DNA of 64,000 bases from a virus. The notes under the pieces are model-generated. The model was not told the origin of the DNA. It searched no databases and was given only the letters and a program-made list of their open reading frames with translations. Location of the stretch: positions 130,931 through 194,930 of IMG/VR virus record IMGVR_UViG_3300014202_001521. One strand, written 5' to 3'. How positions within the stretch are numbered: the stretch's first letter is position 1; each line of letters opens with the position of its first letter. The position numbers and the translations under genes are program-made. Below are positions 38,561 to 48,077 of this stretch, one piece after another.

Positions 38561-39370
38561 TTACTTCTTCCAACTTACAGGATTGTAGTTATTGAACGGG
38601 CTTGTAGACCCATCACAAGTAACCTTGTGTCCATCATCCAAGATATTCATATTGATGTTCTGCGGTGCAACCCATGTTGGTGTAGGCGTGGCAGGAACGC
38701 CCACTGGTGCATCCTCCGTGAAGTCAGCCAGCTTGAGTGAATCATCGCTGTATACGTTCGCCTGAGACGTTAAGCCTTCTAAGCGGGCACCATAGTAGGC
38801 TTTTTGACGGGTGCAGTTCTGGTGCATACCATGTCTTGCCAACTCTGGAGTGGAATTAGACCACTTGGCCACGTTAGAGATAGGGATATTCATTTGAGCG
38901 GCAACTTGCTTGAGATACTTGTCGTCGCAGCCCATGTAAGTGAATGTCCACTTCCCTAACTTATCGACAGAAGCCTTAAGTTCATTAAGAGCTTCCACGC
39001 TATAATGACGAGAAGCATTCTCGATGCCGTCAGAAATAATGACGACTAAATGCGCAACGTCGCCACTGGAATCTACGGTCTTTTGCAGCTTCTCAATCGC
39101 ATAACCTACCGCATCACGCATGGCGGTAGAACCTTCAGTACGATAATCTTCTTCTGTAGCTTCGGTCAGCTTTTCGGCTGGTTCGCACCACAAATGCTCA
39201 TATACTTCCCCGTTGAAAGTAATGAGTGAACAGAAGATATCCTGATCTTTAGAATTTAGTTTCATTTGCTGTACTTGTTCGTTATAGCCCTGTACAGCTT
39301 GGGCTTTTGTACCACACATCGACCCTGATTGGTCAAGGATGATGGTCACATAAGTCTTTGGCTTAGCCAT
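38561..39370 (-). CDS. von Willebrand factor A domain protein
   Basis: ILDQSGSM (MIDAS), T.MRDA.G, IISDG.ENAS. Confidence 0.88.
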   Translation of the reverse strand: MAKPKTYVTIILDQSGSMCGTKAQAVQGYNEQVQQMKLNSKDQDIFCSLITFNGEVYEHLWCEPAEKLTEATEEDYRTEGSTAMRDAVGYAIEKLQKTVDSSGDVAHLVVIISDGIENASRHYSVEALNELKASVDKLGKWTFTYMGCDDKYLKQVAAQMNIPISNVAKWSNSTPELARHGMHQNCTRQKAYYGARLEGLTSQANVYSDDSLKLADFTEDAPVGVPATPTPTWVAPQNINMNILDDGHKVTCDGSTSPFNNYNPVSWKK

Positions 39371-39416
39371 TTTATTATCCTTTTTCTTAGTCTTCATGAG
39401 AGAATTTCCTTAAATA

Positions 39417-39449
39417 TAGGGTGCTAGGCACAAACCTAGCACCCTAATC
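39417..39449 (-). terminator. stem-loop, probable terminator
   Basis: TAGGGTGCTAGG...CCTAGCACCCTA. Confidence 0.6.
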
Positions 39450-39451
39450 TT

Positions 39452-40414
39452 TTACTTGTTGTAGTATTCACGATATTTGTCTTGGACGACCCACTCTACC
39501 TTCTTAGCATTATCAAAAGGGCGGTTGGTCCTGCCAGCCCCCTTATCCTTCTTTAGAATCAGCTTTAGTGTCGGTAGTTTACCAACACTTTCCAACTTCT
39601 TAAACTCAACCGCTGCGGCAGGATAACGCTTGGAGAACTTGTTAAAAGCGTCAGCATCCATTGCCATATCCATGATATCATGGACACGCTCAAAGGAAAT
39701 ATCCTTTAAGCTACCATTGTCCATCGCAACTCGCATGAGTTGACGGACTTGCATGGTGACGCCATTCCATGAGCGGTTGGTTTGATCGCAGGTGCCGTCT
39801 GGACGGAGCGGACGGTTGCGGTAGAGTGGATTTTCTTCTACGAAGTTGTCAGGCAAGTCCCCAACGCGGTGAATTTCCTTAATCTCACCAGCTACTTCGA
39901 TGTTCTCACGGCCTTCATAGCCACCCTTGACTTCCGACAAGAGTTTTACCGTGGTTTCCACATCCACGGTACGCCCATTGGCAAATACAATGAATTTCTC
40001 ACCTCTGGAAATCTCCCTAAGTCTTTTGCCTACAGGATTTTCCGACTCTTCTGGATCGTAAGATTCTACTAGCTCACGCAGCGTCATCTTGTCAGCTTTC
40101 TTGGCTGACACTGGACGTGCTGTGTGGGTATTAGTAGAATCTTCTTTGCCACGAAAAATCTTGGCAATGTCTTTGGCTACGCCGACTGGCTTGATAGGTG
40201 GGCCACCCGCAGGATTAGCACGGGTTGGCAAACATTGGAGAATGTCTTCGTAAGACATGGCCTTGAGCCTGTCTTCCGTGGTTCCACCAGCGAGCTTAAT
40301 ACATTCGATGAATTGGTCGGGATTGACGTAACCATTAGCGGTTTCACCGCCAAGGACTGCGTTGTGCTGCTCGACCAGTGCGCGCACACCCTCAAACTTT
40401 TCTTGAATAGACAT
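39452..40414 (-). CDS. hypothetical early protein
   Basis: 320-aa ORF behind a TTGACA promoter. Confidence 0.75.
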   Translation of the reverse strand: MSIQEKFEGVRALVEQHNAVLGGETANGYVNPDQFIECIKLAGGTTEDRLKAMSYEDILQCLPTRANPAGGPPIKPVGVAKDIAKIFRGKEDSTNTHTARPVSAKKADKMTLRELVESYDPEESENPVGKRLREISRGEKFIVFANGRTVDVETTVKLLSEVKGGYEGRENIEVAGEIKEIHRVGDLPDNFVEENPLYRNRPLRPDGTCDQTNRSWNGVTMQVRQLMRVAMDNGSLKDISFERVHDIMDMAMDADAFNKFSKRYPAAAVEFKKLESVGKLPTLKLILKKDKGAGRTNRPFDNAKKVEWVVQDKYREYYNK

Positions 40415-40480
40415 GATCTTTTTCCTTCTTCGCAGCCGATTGCTGCAACTTCGATGGCCCTATTGCCATCAACACTATCT

Positions 40481-40508
40481 ACTATAGTTTGAATTTGTTT
40501 TTTGTCAA
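40481..40508 (-). promoter_or_regulatory. sigma70-type early promoter
   Basis: TTGACA-16 nt-TATAGT with an upstream A-tract. Confidence 0.6.
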
Positions 40509-40533
40509 GAACTTTTTTTATTTTGGCCAAGAA

Positions 40534-40788
40534 TCATTTCTTAGGCATCTTCTTCATACGCTTTGGCGGTTGGCCCATAGGCATTGCTGGCATGGCGGGT
40601 GATGCTGATATTCCACCAGGCATGGCACCACGGATAGGTGATACACTTCCACCAGAGCCAGTAAACTTGTGCAAATACAAGTCTTTGTTGGTTGACGGAC
40701 CTCTAAACACGTCGGGACTTTCGGGTTGACCAGGGTTCTGAAAGAGGCCACCCGCTTCGTACAGTTTCACAAATTCCCTGAAGTTCAT
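40534..40788 (-). CDS. small Gly/Pro/Met-rich protein, CTS-like N-terminus
   Basis: MNFREFVKLYE. TAAATA 4 nt upstream. Confidence 0.7.
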   Translation of the reverse strand: MNFREFVKLYEAGGLFQNPGQPESPDVFRGPSTNKDLYLHKFTGSGGSVSPIRGAMPGGISASPAMPAMPMGQPPKRMKKMPKK

Positions 40789-40865
40789 ATCGTATTTATG
40801 CATCTGGCATCTCATTTGCCGATTTATTGTCGCTGGCACTATCTGGAAAATTTCTGGAAAGACTC

Positions 40866-40893
40866 TTGACAATGGAAACTTTGGTGCTAAAAG
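40866..40893 (+). promoter_or_regulatory. sigma70-type promoter (weak -10)
   Basis: TTGACA-16 nt-TAAAAG with an extended TG. Confidence 0.45.
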
Positions 40894-40949
40894 TTATGTA
40901 TCGGTTCAGTTACAACCTTCTCACCAAAGTTCATGAAAGGTTCTCACTC

Positions 40950-41441
40950 ATGGAAACCACACAGGTTTCACAGGAATCGCAAGTCAAGGATGGCGTTGCA
41001 CTTAACGGCAAAGCCGTGACGAAACAACCTGAAGAAGTCCGCACTGATGGCGTGCCAAGTCCACTGGTTGGCACCTTGGAAGCGGCAGTCAAGGAAGCGG
41101 TTGATGAGATTCGTCATTGTGACGAACAGGCTGGCCTGTGGATGACGCGAAAGCAACAGCTACAGGCCAAGATGAACGAAACTCTGGAACGCATCCAGAA
41201 GCAGTTCACTGGCGGGGAACCCGAAAAGAAAGCACCACGCGCCGCCCGCGTTGATCGCAACGCTACCGTACCTGAATTGATCCGCGTATTCCTTGAGAAG
41301 AATGGTGCGCAGCGGACCAAGGAAATCCGCAAGTTCTTGCTGAATCATGGCCGCAAGACCAATCCTGGCGTTGCTCTGAGCCGTATGCTCAAGAACGGCG
41401 ACCTCAAGAGTACGGAACGGGGCATCTACAAGATTGCCTAA
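40950..41441 (+). CDS. coiled-coil plus winged-helix DNA-binding protein
   Basis: Coiled coil, basic linker, then TVPELIRVFL..NG...TKEI...L...ALSRM.K.G.L...ERG.Y. Confidence 0.7.
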   Translation: METTQVSQESQVKDGVALNGKAVTKQPEEVRTDGVPSPLVGTLEAAVKEAVDEIRHCDEQAGLWMTRKQQLQAKMNETLERIQKQFTGGEPEKKAPRAARVDRNATVPELIRVFLEKNGAQRTKEIRKFLLNHGRKTNPGVALSRMLKNGDLKSTERGIYKIA

Positions 41442-41457
41442 TTTCGTTCCGACTGTT

Positions 41458-41489
41458 AAAACGGGGTAGCAATTTGCTACCCCGTTTTT
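41458..41489 (+). terminator. intrinsic terminator
   Basis: AAAACGGGGTAGCAA-T-TTGCTACCCCGTTTTT. Confidence 0.85.
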
Positions 41490-41513
41490 ATTTTGTCTAC
41501 ACTAAATAAACTC

Positions 41514-41816
41514 ATGAAAACATGGGGACGATTCCTAGAAATGAAAGAGCCTTTCCTACAGTGGCGTACCACGATGGACAAAGTACACAAGAAACGCAAA
41601 ATTCCCGTGTGGCTTGATGAATGGGTCGAAAGTTTACTTTTACCTGCACTTCAAGCGGAGTCTCAGCCACCAATAGATTTTGAGAGTCTAAGAGCCGTCT
41701 GCCAAGAAGTTAGTCAGATGATCGAACATGGTCGTATCACGGAACCCTTGAAGGCGAAATTAAAGGTGGCATTAAATCAAGCAGAATCCATACTAATTAA
41801 CCTTGGGTATCGTTGA
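41514..41816 (+). CDS. hypothetical protein, CTS-like N-terminus
   Basis: MKTWGRFLE. TAAATA 5 nt upstream. Confidence 0.7.
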   Translation: MKTWGRFLEMKEPFLQWRTTMDKVHKKRKIPVWLDEWVESLLLPALQAESQPPIDFESLRAVCQEVSQMIEHGRITEPLKAKLKVALNQAESILINLGYR

Positions 41817-42182
41817 AATGCCTTGTTTCTTCCAATCCATGTCATACTCCCACCCATTGCCGACAATTCTGGCCGCTTCCACCCCTGTTGTGCGAAACGT
41901 TTTCCTGAACAGTGGGACGTAAAATTCCATATGCATTCCGTAGCCAATCCAGCCAATCTTCATCATCGACCCGCCAAATGTTGAGCCTGAAAAATTCACG
42001 CCAATAGGCTCATAAAAACGCTTCCCACCTTGGATAATAACATCATATTCGTCACGATCACCCTTAATAATCTTGTAAAGACTATTCCTAGTCACTGCTA
42101 AAACAGTTGTCCCAGGCTTTAAGGTGTGGACATTTATACCATAATCAAGACATTTAGAATCTTTTATATTGATAGACAACAT
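41793..42182 (-). CDS. hypothetical protein
   Basis: 129-aa ORF. T.NS.Y and GSTFGGSM. Confidence 0.65.
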   Translation of the reverse strand: MLSINIKDSKCLDYGINVHTLKPGTTVLAVTRNSLYKIIKGDRDEYDVIIQGGKRFYEPIGVNFSGSTFGGSMMKIGWIGYGMHMEFYVPLFRKTFRTTGVEAARIVGNGWEYDMDWKKQGISTIPKVN

Positions 42183-42184
42183 AT

Positions 42185-42760
42185 TTATTTAGGTAGTAAC
42201 TTAGAATGCATAAAGTCTGGCAAGCGATTCGCCAGAATCAGCAAGAACTTCTCTGTGGCTTCCTCAGTAAATGTTAGTCTGATATATTTTCGCTCTTTTG
42301 TCAAGGCAGTTTCACCAATGCCTGCCTCACGAAAGTAACTTGCGATTATTTCAGTACCATTTTCACCGAACTTGTTCGTGTTTAATACCACTTTGTTCTT
42401 TTTTAGTTTCCCGCAATCCCCATACCATATCGCCAACCCAATATCCCTTAAACTATCCAGAATTTCCATTTTTACCAATTTCTTGTTATTATCATAGAAT
42501 AGGTTATAGTATTCGGTAAAAATAGGATAGCAGTTAGAATGCCAACGAAGTGTATTTCCTTCATGAGTAAACGGACGTTGAGATGACAAAGAAGCAAGTT
42601 CTTCTGCCTTGTAATTAAGCCACTTCTTATCAGCAGACCTCATGAAAAGATAACAGTTTCTACCCTTCTTTGGCTTCACCAAAGACGAACCACCCAGGAT
42701 GGTTCCTATAATAACTTGCTTATGCCAGTCATTGATCTGCGGATTGTCATAGTACGTCAT
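42185..42760 (-). CDS. LAGLIDADG-family protein (two-motif type), catalytic residues apparently lost
   Basis: IIGTILGGSSL and GLAIWYGDCG, LNTNKF. Confidence 0.75.
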   Translation of the reverse strand: MTYYDNPQINDWHKQVIIGTILGGSSLVKPKKGRNCYLFMRSADKKWLNYKAEELASLSSQRPFTHEGNTLRWHSNCYPIFTEYYNLFYDNNKKLVKMEILDSLRDIGLAIWYGDCGKLKKNKVVLNTNKFGENGTEIIASYFREAGIGETALTKERKYIRLTFTEEATEKFLLILANRLPDFMHSKLLPK

Positions 42761-42888
42761 AATGCTCCTTTAATTGCAAACTAGCATAATTCTATATAGG
42801 CAAAGCAGTTAAAAATTTTACCAATACGCAACCAAATATTTTTTGCACTTTGTATATATCCTTGAATCTTTTATCGGAGGATTTTTTA

Positions 42889-43266
42889 ATGGGTGCAACA
42901 AGTGTAACAGGTGTTAGTGGACCAGGATCAGCGTCAGCGTATGGTGCTGGTAATAAGGGTTCAGAACATATGGCGTTGGGCGTTCATCGTTTGATCGGCC
43001 CAAGAGTAGTAGGTTGCGGCGACGTAGTATTGGATGCTTCTGGCTTCGGAATCGTAGTATTCCCAGCTTTGCCAGGTGGCCCAGGTCTATATTGCCCATT
43101 CCTGTCAACAGATAATGCAGTCGCTCCTTATTGGGGCAACTTCACTGTCACTTCCTTTACCGTAACTGGTGGAGATGATGCAGAAGTATGTTGGCAGATC
43201 GTAAAGAAGGGTCTATGGGGTTCTCTTGAGAACGATGGCCCAGCTAGCGTAATTGCAAACACATAA
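42889..43266 (+). CDS. putative small structural protein
   Basis: SD GGAGG. Gly-rich N-terminus, beta-rich C-terminus. Confidence 0.65.
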   Translation: MGATSVTGVSGPGSASAYGAGNKGSEHMALGVHRLIGPRVVGCGDVVLDASGFGIVVFPALPGGPGLYCPFLSTDNAVAPYWGNFTVTSFTVTGGDDAEVCWQIVKKGLWGSLENDGPASVIANT

Positions 43267-43297
43267 TGTAATGTAGTCCAAATAGCCTTTCTAATTA

Positions 43298-43380
43298 ACA
43301 AAATGCCTGGCACATCGGATGTGTGTCGGGCATTTTGTTGTATATAGACATAAAAAAAGCTGGCCAATGGCCAGCTTTTC
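43298..43380. terminator. two tandem hairpins/terminators between convergent genes
   Basis: ACAAAATGCCTGGCACA...TGTGTCGGGCATTTTGT and AAAAGCTGGCCA-A-TGGCCAGCTTTT. Confidence 0.75.
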
Positions 43381-43384
43381 ACGT

Positions 43385-43576
43385 TTACTCGTCTTCTTCG
43401 TCTTCGTCTTCCTTATCTGCGTTTTGAGGTGGAACCGCCTTGCCAAAGACCTTCTTCTTATGAGCCTGTGGCTCACCTTTTTCTTGGTCATTATCCAAGT
43501 CTTTGCCTAGCTTCTCTTCCATATCTTCAATATCGCAGCCCTTTTTCTCTAAAAAAGTTTTCCATGTTGGAAACAT
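43385..43576 (-). CDS. small charged protein, CTS-like N-terminus
   Basis: MFPTWKTFLE. TATAAATA and SD AGGAGG upstream. Confidence 0.7.
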   Translation of the reverse strand: MFPTWKTFLEKKGCDIEDMEEKLGKDLDNDQEKGEPQAHKKKVFGKAVPPQNADKEDEDEEDE

Positions 43577-43603
43577 AAACAACCTCCTTTAATATTTATA
43601 CTC

Positions 43604-43834
43604 TTATTCTGATTTTTTACCATGATTACAAACTGCATAATCAGTAAGAACAAACCCCGTTATTAACGAAGTTGTCCCCAAAAGCAAATCAGTCGTGGGA
43701 GCCGCAGCAATGCGCCAATCCCAAATTCCAGTGTCATACATTCCCCAAAAAGATATTATTGAAACAACAAGGTGAATAATACCTTCTGCGAAATTAAGCA
43801 ACGCCAATATCTTTATAACAAATTGTTTTAGCAT
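43604..43834 (-). CDS. small two-TM membrane protein
   Basis: Two hydrophobic segments. Confidence 0.6.
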   Translation of the reverse strand: MLKQFVIKILALLNFAEGIIHLVVSIISFWGMYDTGIWDWRIAAAPTTDLLLGTTSLITGFVLTDYAVCNHGKKSE

Positions 43835-43866
43835 TAATATATATATCAAAGTAAGAAGGAGTAAAA

Positions 43867-44283
43867 ATGGGTCAATTTAATGAATATCACCAATACAGAG
43901 AAGACGTTGACACGGCAATAGAAATCGTCAACTTCGAACAAGAACTTCTACAGTTAGCCGAATTTAAAAAAACACATCCAGGTAAAGGCATTCCTGAGAA
44001 AAAGAAGTCTGATATCGTTAAAAAGGCCCGACGTGGCGAAGACATGTTCGGCAAAGGCAAAGAATTTAAAGATATTGCTAAAAAAGCTGGAAAGAAATAT
44101 GGCGATAAAGAAGCTGGCAAACGTGTCGCAGGCGCTATTTTCTGGAAGAAAGCTAAAGGCAAAAACATGACCAAGGAAGACGTTGAGAATTTGATATGGA
44201 TTGTCGAAGATGATCTTGAAATTATACTAGATCACGCAATCAGATATCAAGAAGTAATGCTTAAAGAAAATTACAGACCATAA
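43867..44283 (+). CDS. Lys-rich protein, CTS-like N-terminus
   Basis: MGQFNEYHQYRE. IAKKA.KKYG.KEAGKRVAGAIFWK. Confidence 0.7.
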   Translation: MGQFNEYHQYREDVDTAIEIVNFEQELLQLAEFKKTHPGKGIPEKKKSDIVKKARRGEDMFGKGKEFKDIAKKAGKKYGDKEAGKRVAGAIFWKKAKGKNMTKEDVENLIWIVEDDLEIILDHAIRYQEVMLKENYRP

Positions 44284-45149
44284 ACCTCCAAACAGGCTCG
44301 GAACGTGTTGGTGTGCAGCTTAATAACATAGCTGCACCCACCGTCCTTATCCTTCTGATACCCGCCTGCCAATGTCCATGTAATAGGAATATTCAATTCC
44401 TTGGCAATTGTAAACATCTTAACATCACGTTCATACATTTGCTCCTCAGTCAATATGCCACCAAATGGATCATCTATATGAACGTCAGCACCAGACTGAT
44501 AAATGATAAGGTCTGGCTTAAAGTGTGCCAACTGTTGCTTGACGCTAGCGAAATAAAGCAGATAACTCTCGGCTGATGCGTAAGTACCAAAATACTTACC
44601 AAAACTAATGTTAGTATACCTATGAACATCAGTAATATGATTCAGGATATCATCAGTGCCATTACCCCAATGCATGTCACAATCTACAATACTGACACGA
44701 CTTACACCGTCTTCCGCTACCAACTTCGTAGCAGCAATCATTAAGCCATTAAAAGTACAGAAATAGCCAAGGTTTTCAAACCCCTTATAGCCCGCGTGGT
44801 GGAACCCAGCAACGATAGCACAAGTAGGCTCTTTAGTCTGATATGCTAGCTTAGCCGCTGTATACATAGCACCATTCGTCCACGGCAAACTATCTACTAC
44901 AGATTGGGACTTTGTGCCAAAGCCATTGGGTTTATTTAAACTCAAAATATCTTCTACATATTGCTTATCATGACAGCGTATAATGTCTTCAACGGATACA
45001 GGTTGTGGCTCCACAAACTCCACTAACTGGTTGTAATGCGGATCATTTTGAAGATATTCCGCCAGATATTTTGGCTTAATTGCGGAAGGGCTAATATTAC
45101 TACCACTCTCTGCTACGACTTTGGGGTTATAAACGACTTTAATTTTCAT
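44271..45149 (-). CDS. histone-deacetylase-family (Zn-dependent) hydrolase
   Basis: GFHHA, GYFCTFN, DCDMHWGNGT, GAD.H.DDP.G, AGGY. Confidence 0.92.
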   Translation of the reverse strand: MKIKVVYNPKVVAESGSNISPSAIKPKYLAEYLQNDPHYNQLVEFVEPQPVSVEDIIRCHDKQYVEDILSLNKPNGFGTKSQSVVDSLPWTNGAMYTAAKLAYQTKEPTCAIVAGFHHAGYKGFENLGYFCTFNGLMIAATKLVAEDGVSRVSIVDCDMHWGNGTDDILNHITDVHRYTNISFGKYFGTYASAESYLLYFASVKQQLAHFKPDLIIYQSGADVHIDDPFGGILTEEQMYERDVKMFTIAKELNIPITWTLAGGYQKDKDGGCSYVIKLHTNTFRACLEVYGL

Positions 45150-45504
45150 AGTAAACACCACTTCCTTTACAAATTATACAGCACTTCCCACCACCGAAGA
45201 ATTTATGTTCTTTGAAATTAGGGTCGGCATTGCAGCGTGGACAAACATCGCCGTCTTCATACTTTGGATCAATGTATTTTATATCTGTATCCCAGCCTGC
45301 CCTGGTATGCGAATAACCTGGATTTTCCAATCCACACGCTTGTCTCGTTTCCTTCTTCCACCAGAATATAGAATGACAAAAACCGCATTGAAATTCCACC
45401 CTGGATAAGTCCTCCCACGACCTCATCAGTGTAGTGAATTTATTTGAACCACCATTATGCATTCGGCATATCGGGCACGAAGACGGCTGCATTACTCTGT
45501 TCAT
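45139..45504 (-). CDS. Cys-rich zinc-finger protein
   Basis: CPIC, CGFC, CPRC and CIICKGSG. Confidence 0.65.
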   Translation of the reverse strand: MNRVMQPSSCPICRMHNGGSNKFTTLMRSWEDLSRVEFQCGFCHSIFWWKKETRQACGLENPGYSHTRAGWDTDIKYIDPKYEDGDVCPRCNADPNFKEHKFFGGGKCCIICKGSGVYYEN

Positions 45505-45908
45505 TTTAGGAAGATTCTTGAACCAGCTTGGAAACAACCACCGCAAGATACCACTACCCATATAACAAACACTATGAATAATACCCATACAACAAAATCC
45601 ACCACGGTTTGAAATATATCTTCTTGTTTGATTGGTTGCCTTGGCTTTCTTTCAACGCTCCAATAATCAAAGAAGATTTGGGGCATCATATCGTCAGGCA
45701 GTTGATCTTCGAACGGTGGCATGTCAAACCATTTGCCACTATTAATGAGTCGCTTAACAGCCTGTTCATAATCGTATTTGATAGAGCTAATAGCTTCGCC
45801 GCATAGAACACGATGTTTGTCACGCCAATGACTAGCGAGTTTACCTAGTAACTCAACATCTTCATCAAAACTATTCTTGTCATAAAGCTTCCATCGTTCA
45901 TCACTCAT
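45501..45908 (-). CDS. hypothetical protein with a C-terminal TM segment
   Basis: PPFEDQLPD..MP..FF..W, hydrophobic C-terminus. Confidence 0.6.
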   Translation of the reverse strand: MSDERWKLYDKNSFDEDVELLGKLASHWRDKHRVLCGEAISSIKYDYEQAVKRLINSGKWFDMPPFEDQLPDDMMPQIFFDYWSVERKPRQPIKQEDIFQTVVDFVVWVLFIVFVIWVVVSCGGCFQAGSRIFLK

Positions 45909-46167
45909 GTTTACAATTCTTCCTCTCCAGCCGCTTGTTTATCCCTTCATTCCAGAAGTCATACAAAATAGATGAAGTCCAGGCGTCGGCTCGCATGTCC
46001 GTGCCTTCTTCCCACCACTGATGACCACTGCCCCAATATCGAACAGTCTTTTCTTCTTTTGGCTTGTCGAAGATATCCAGTGTTTCGTACCAGCGGGGCA
46101 CTATATGAACCGTTATAACTTCATCATAATCATCTTTTGGATACATGCTACCAAATTCAATTTTCAT
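45901..46167 (-). CDS. hypothetical protein
   Basis: 88-aa coupled ORF. Confidence 0.6.
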   Translation of the reverse strand: MKIEFGSMYPKDDYDEVITVHIVPRWYETLDIFDKPKEEKTVRYWGSGHQWWEEGTDMRADAWTSSILYDFWNEGINKRLERKNCKHE

Positions 46168-46706
46168 GGTTCTACTTGTCCTCCACTCTTAGGTAATTTA
46201 TTGCTGAAGTCAATTAACATTGTGAACTCTGGAATAGTGAACGCAATCCAGAATATCATCATTCCCATAAAATAGGCTAGCTGGTCTACCCCTGGAAGAT
46301 TTACAGCGAATATTGACCACAAAAGTCCTACACCAAATCTTATCGGCATTGCACCAATAGTCAATGACATAAAGATTGGGAACTCTTTATCCCAAGCATA
46401 CCACGCTCCTACCATCCAGGTCGCCGCAATAAAAAGCATTGGCGGCAAACCCATCAACATGCTTCTACCAACGTCAGGATAGGCAACAAAGACAGGCAGC
46501 ACAAGCGTTAAAAGGAGAAGACCAAAGCAAATAATCAGGTTTTTACAATGCTTAAGCATTAAGGTATTTTTTTCCATAGTTCTTCTAGCCCAATCTACTT
46601 CTGGCAAAGGCGGCGGGGGCAGTGGAGGTGGTGGATTTCTAGCCAACTCGAAAGCCCTTGCCGTCTTGGTGTTACTCAGCGTTTCTAAAAGTTCCCTGTT
46701 AGTCAT
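46164..46706 (-). CDS. four-TM membrane protein with a poly-Pro N-terminus
   Basis: Four hydrophobic segments. Confidence 0.65.
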   Translation of the reverse strand: MTNRELLETLSNTKTARAFELARNPPPPLPPPPLPEVDWARRTMEKNTLMLKHCKNLIICFGLLLLTLVLPVFVAYPDVGRSMLMGLPPMLFIAATWMVGAWYAWDKEFPIFMSLTIGAMPIRFGVGLLWSIFAVNLPGVDQLAYFMGMMIFWIAFTIPEFTMLIDFSNKLPKSGGQVEP

Positions 46707-46751
46707 GAAGATATAACACCAAAAATTATGGAATTTGTCAATATATAAAAC

Positions 46752-47006
46752 ATGGAGTTAAGTTTCAGAATGTGGATGGAGAACAACGTCGATACACATG
46801 CAAATGTGGATGCGATCTATCCGCCATTATACACACAATACATGAACTATCCTCCACAGGTTATTGCCACATGGACCGCCGACGCTTTGGTATATCTTGA
46901 TCCTAGAGATGTAAGTTGCAAACCTTACGCCTACAATGGCAAGTTCAAGCCTTATTTTTGGAAGGGCGTCTACGGTGGTCGTGGTGCTACTGGCGGCGGT
47001 GATTAA
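46752..47006 (+). CDS. small protein, CTS-like N-terminus
   Basis: MELSFRMWME. TATATA 4 nt upstream. Confidence 0.65.
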   Translation: MELSFRMWMENNVDTHANVDAIYPPLYTQYMNYPPQVIATWTADALVYLDPRDVSCKPYAYNGKFKPYFWKGVYGGRGATGGGD

Positions 47007-48048
47007 CGAAATCCAAAAAGGCTTGCAACCAGAGTTGTCGAGATGGGCCTTGCCAGGAATATTTTTCGCGGATCAACTGCCTGGCATTCAAATTCAGGTT
47101 TCGCCTGTAACTTTCACTCAAAATAAGTTTTTCCAAAGCGTCATACCAACCCTGAGTATCCTTTGGTTTAACCAAGATGCCATTTTCCATATTTGTAATG
47201 CACTGGTAAGGTGGTAGGTCTGTTGCAATACATGCTGCTCCAGCCATTGACATTTCAAGGAACTTTAGGTTGCTTTTCGACTGATTAAACGGACAGTCAT
47301 CCAATGGCATGATGGCAATATCTGGTTTAAAGTCTTTTAATTTATAAAAATATTCACGGTGCGTAAACCAATCTCCAAAATATAAATTATCATACTTTGG
47401 AACTAAATTGGCGTATGGCAGTCCTGGCGATCTTTCAAAATTAGCAAACTGTGTAGGTAGATAACCCCAAAATATAAAAGCAATGTTATCTTTATATTTA
47501 TCTAATATCTTAATAACAGGCTCAACAACATCATTAAAATCATTTCCATGACTGGATGACCCACACCACAGTATCTTAATTGGTGTTTTAGTGTGATGAA
47601 TTTCAGTTTCAAATTGATTTAAGTCGATCAGATTGGGCAGTATTTTAGTTTTATTTGGGTGGGCCATTGTTTTTGCCAGGCTTTCCGTGCTAACCCAAAG
47701 AGATTCACATTTATCAATGTATAACTGTGTTGCGTTCAAGTCATTTTGATCTAATAGTATGTGTGCTGGGTTCCACTTTGGTATATTCCATAGGTCGTCA
47801 TCGCATTGCCAACAGAACTTTTTGCCTTGTTCAAGCAGAGGGGCTACGACATTCATATAAAATTCAGGACGTATTAAACGATTGAAGATGTATGCATCAA
47901 AATCCTCATATTTTAGGGTTTTGGCATCTCCTGTTACATGGATACCGTTTGCACTTAGGTCTGAATACAGGTGCAACATAGGCATTAAAGCTCTATAAGT
48001 TGTGCAAGCTTTGTCGTCTGGTATGTGGAAAAATATTTTAACTGCCAT
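46987..48048 (-). CDS. glycosyltransferase (GT-B, GT4-like)
   Basis: YR...P, DDDLW, DIAIMPL....FN..KSNLKFLE....G...IA. Confidence 0.85.
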   Translation of the reverse strand: MAVKIFFHIPDDKACTTYRALMPMLHLYSDLSANGIHVTGDAKTLKYEDFDAYIFNRLIRPEFYMNVVAPLLEQGKKFCWQCDDDLWNIPKWNPAHILLDQNDLNATQLYIDKCESLWVSTESLAKTMAHPNKTKILPNLIDLNQFETEIHHTKTPIKILWCGSSSHGNDFNDVVEPVIKILDKYKDNIAFIFWGYLPTQFANFERSPGLPYANLVPKYDNLYFGDWFTHREYFYKLKDFKPDIAIMPLDDCPFNQSKSNLKFLEMSMAGAACIATDLPPYQCITNMENGILVKPKDTQGWYDALEKLILSESYRRNLNLNARQLIREKYSWQGPSRQLWLQAFLDFVNHRRQ

Positions 48049-48077
48049 GAATTTAATGGAGTAAACTCTAATAATAT

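Noticed and set aside
46164-46706. ATP synthase protein I (AtpI) assignment
   Set aside because: Only the four-TM topology is similar. No specific motif or atp context.
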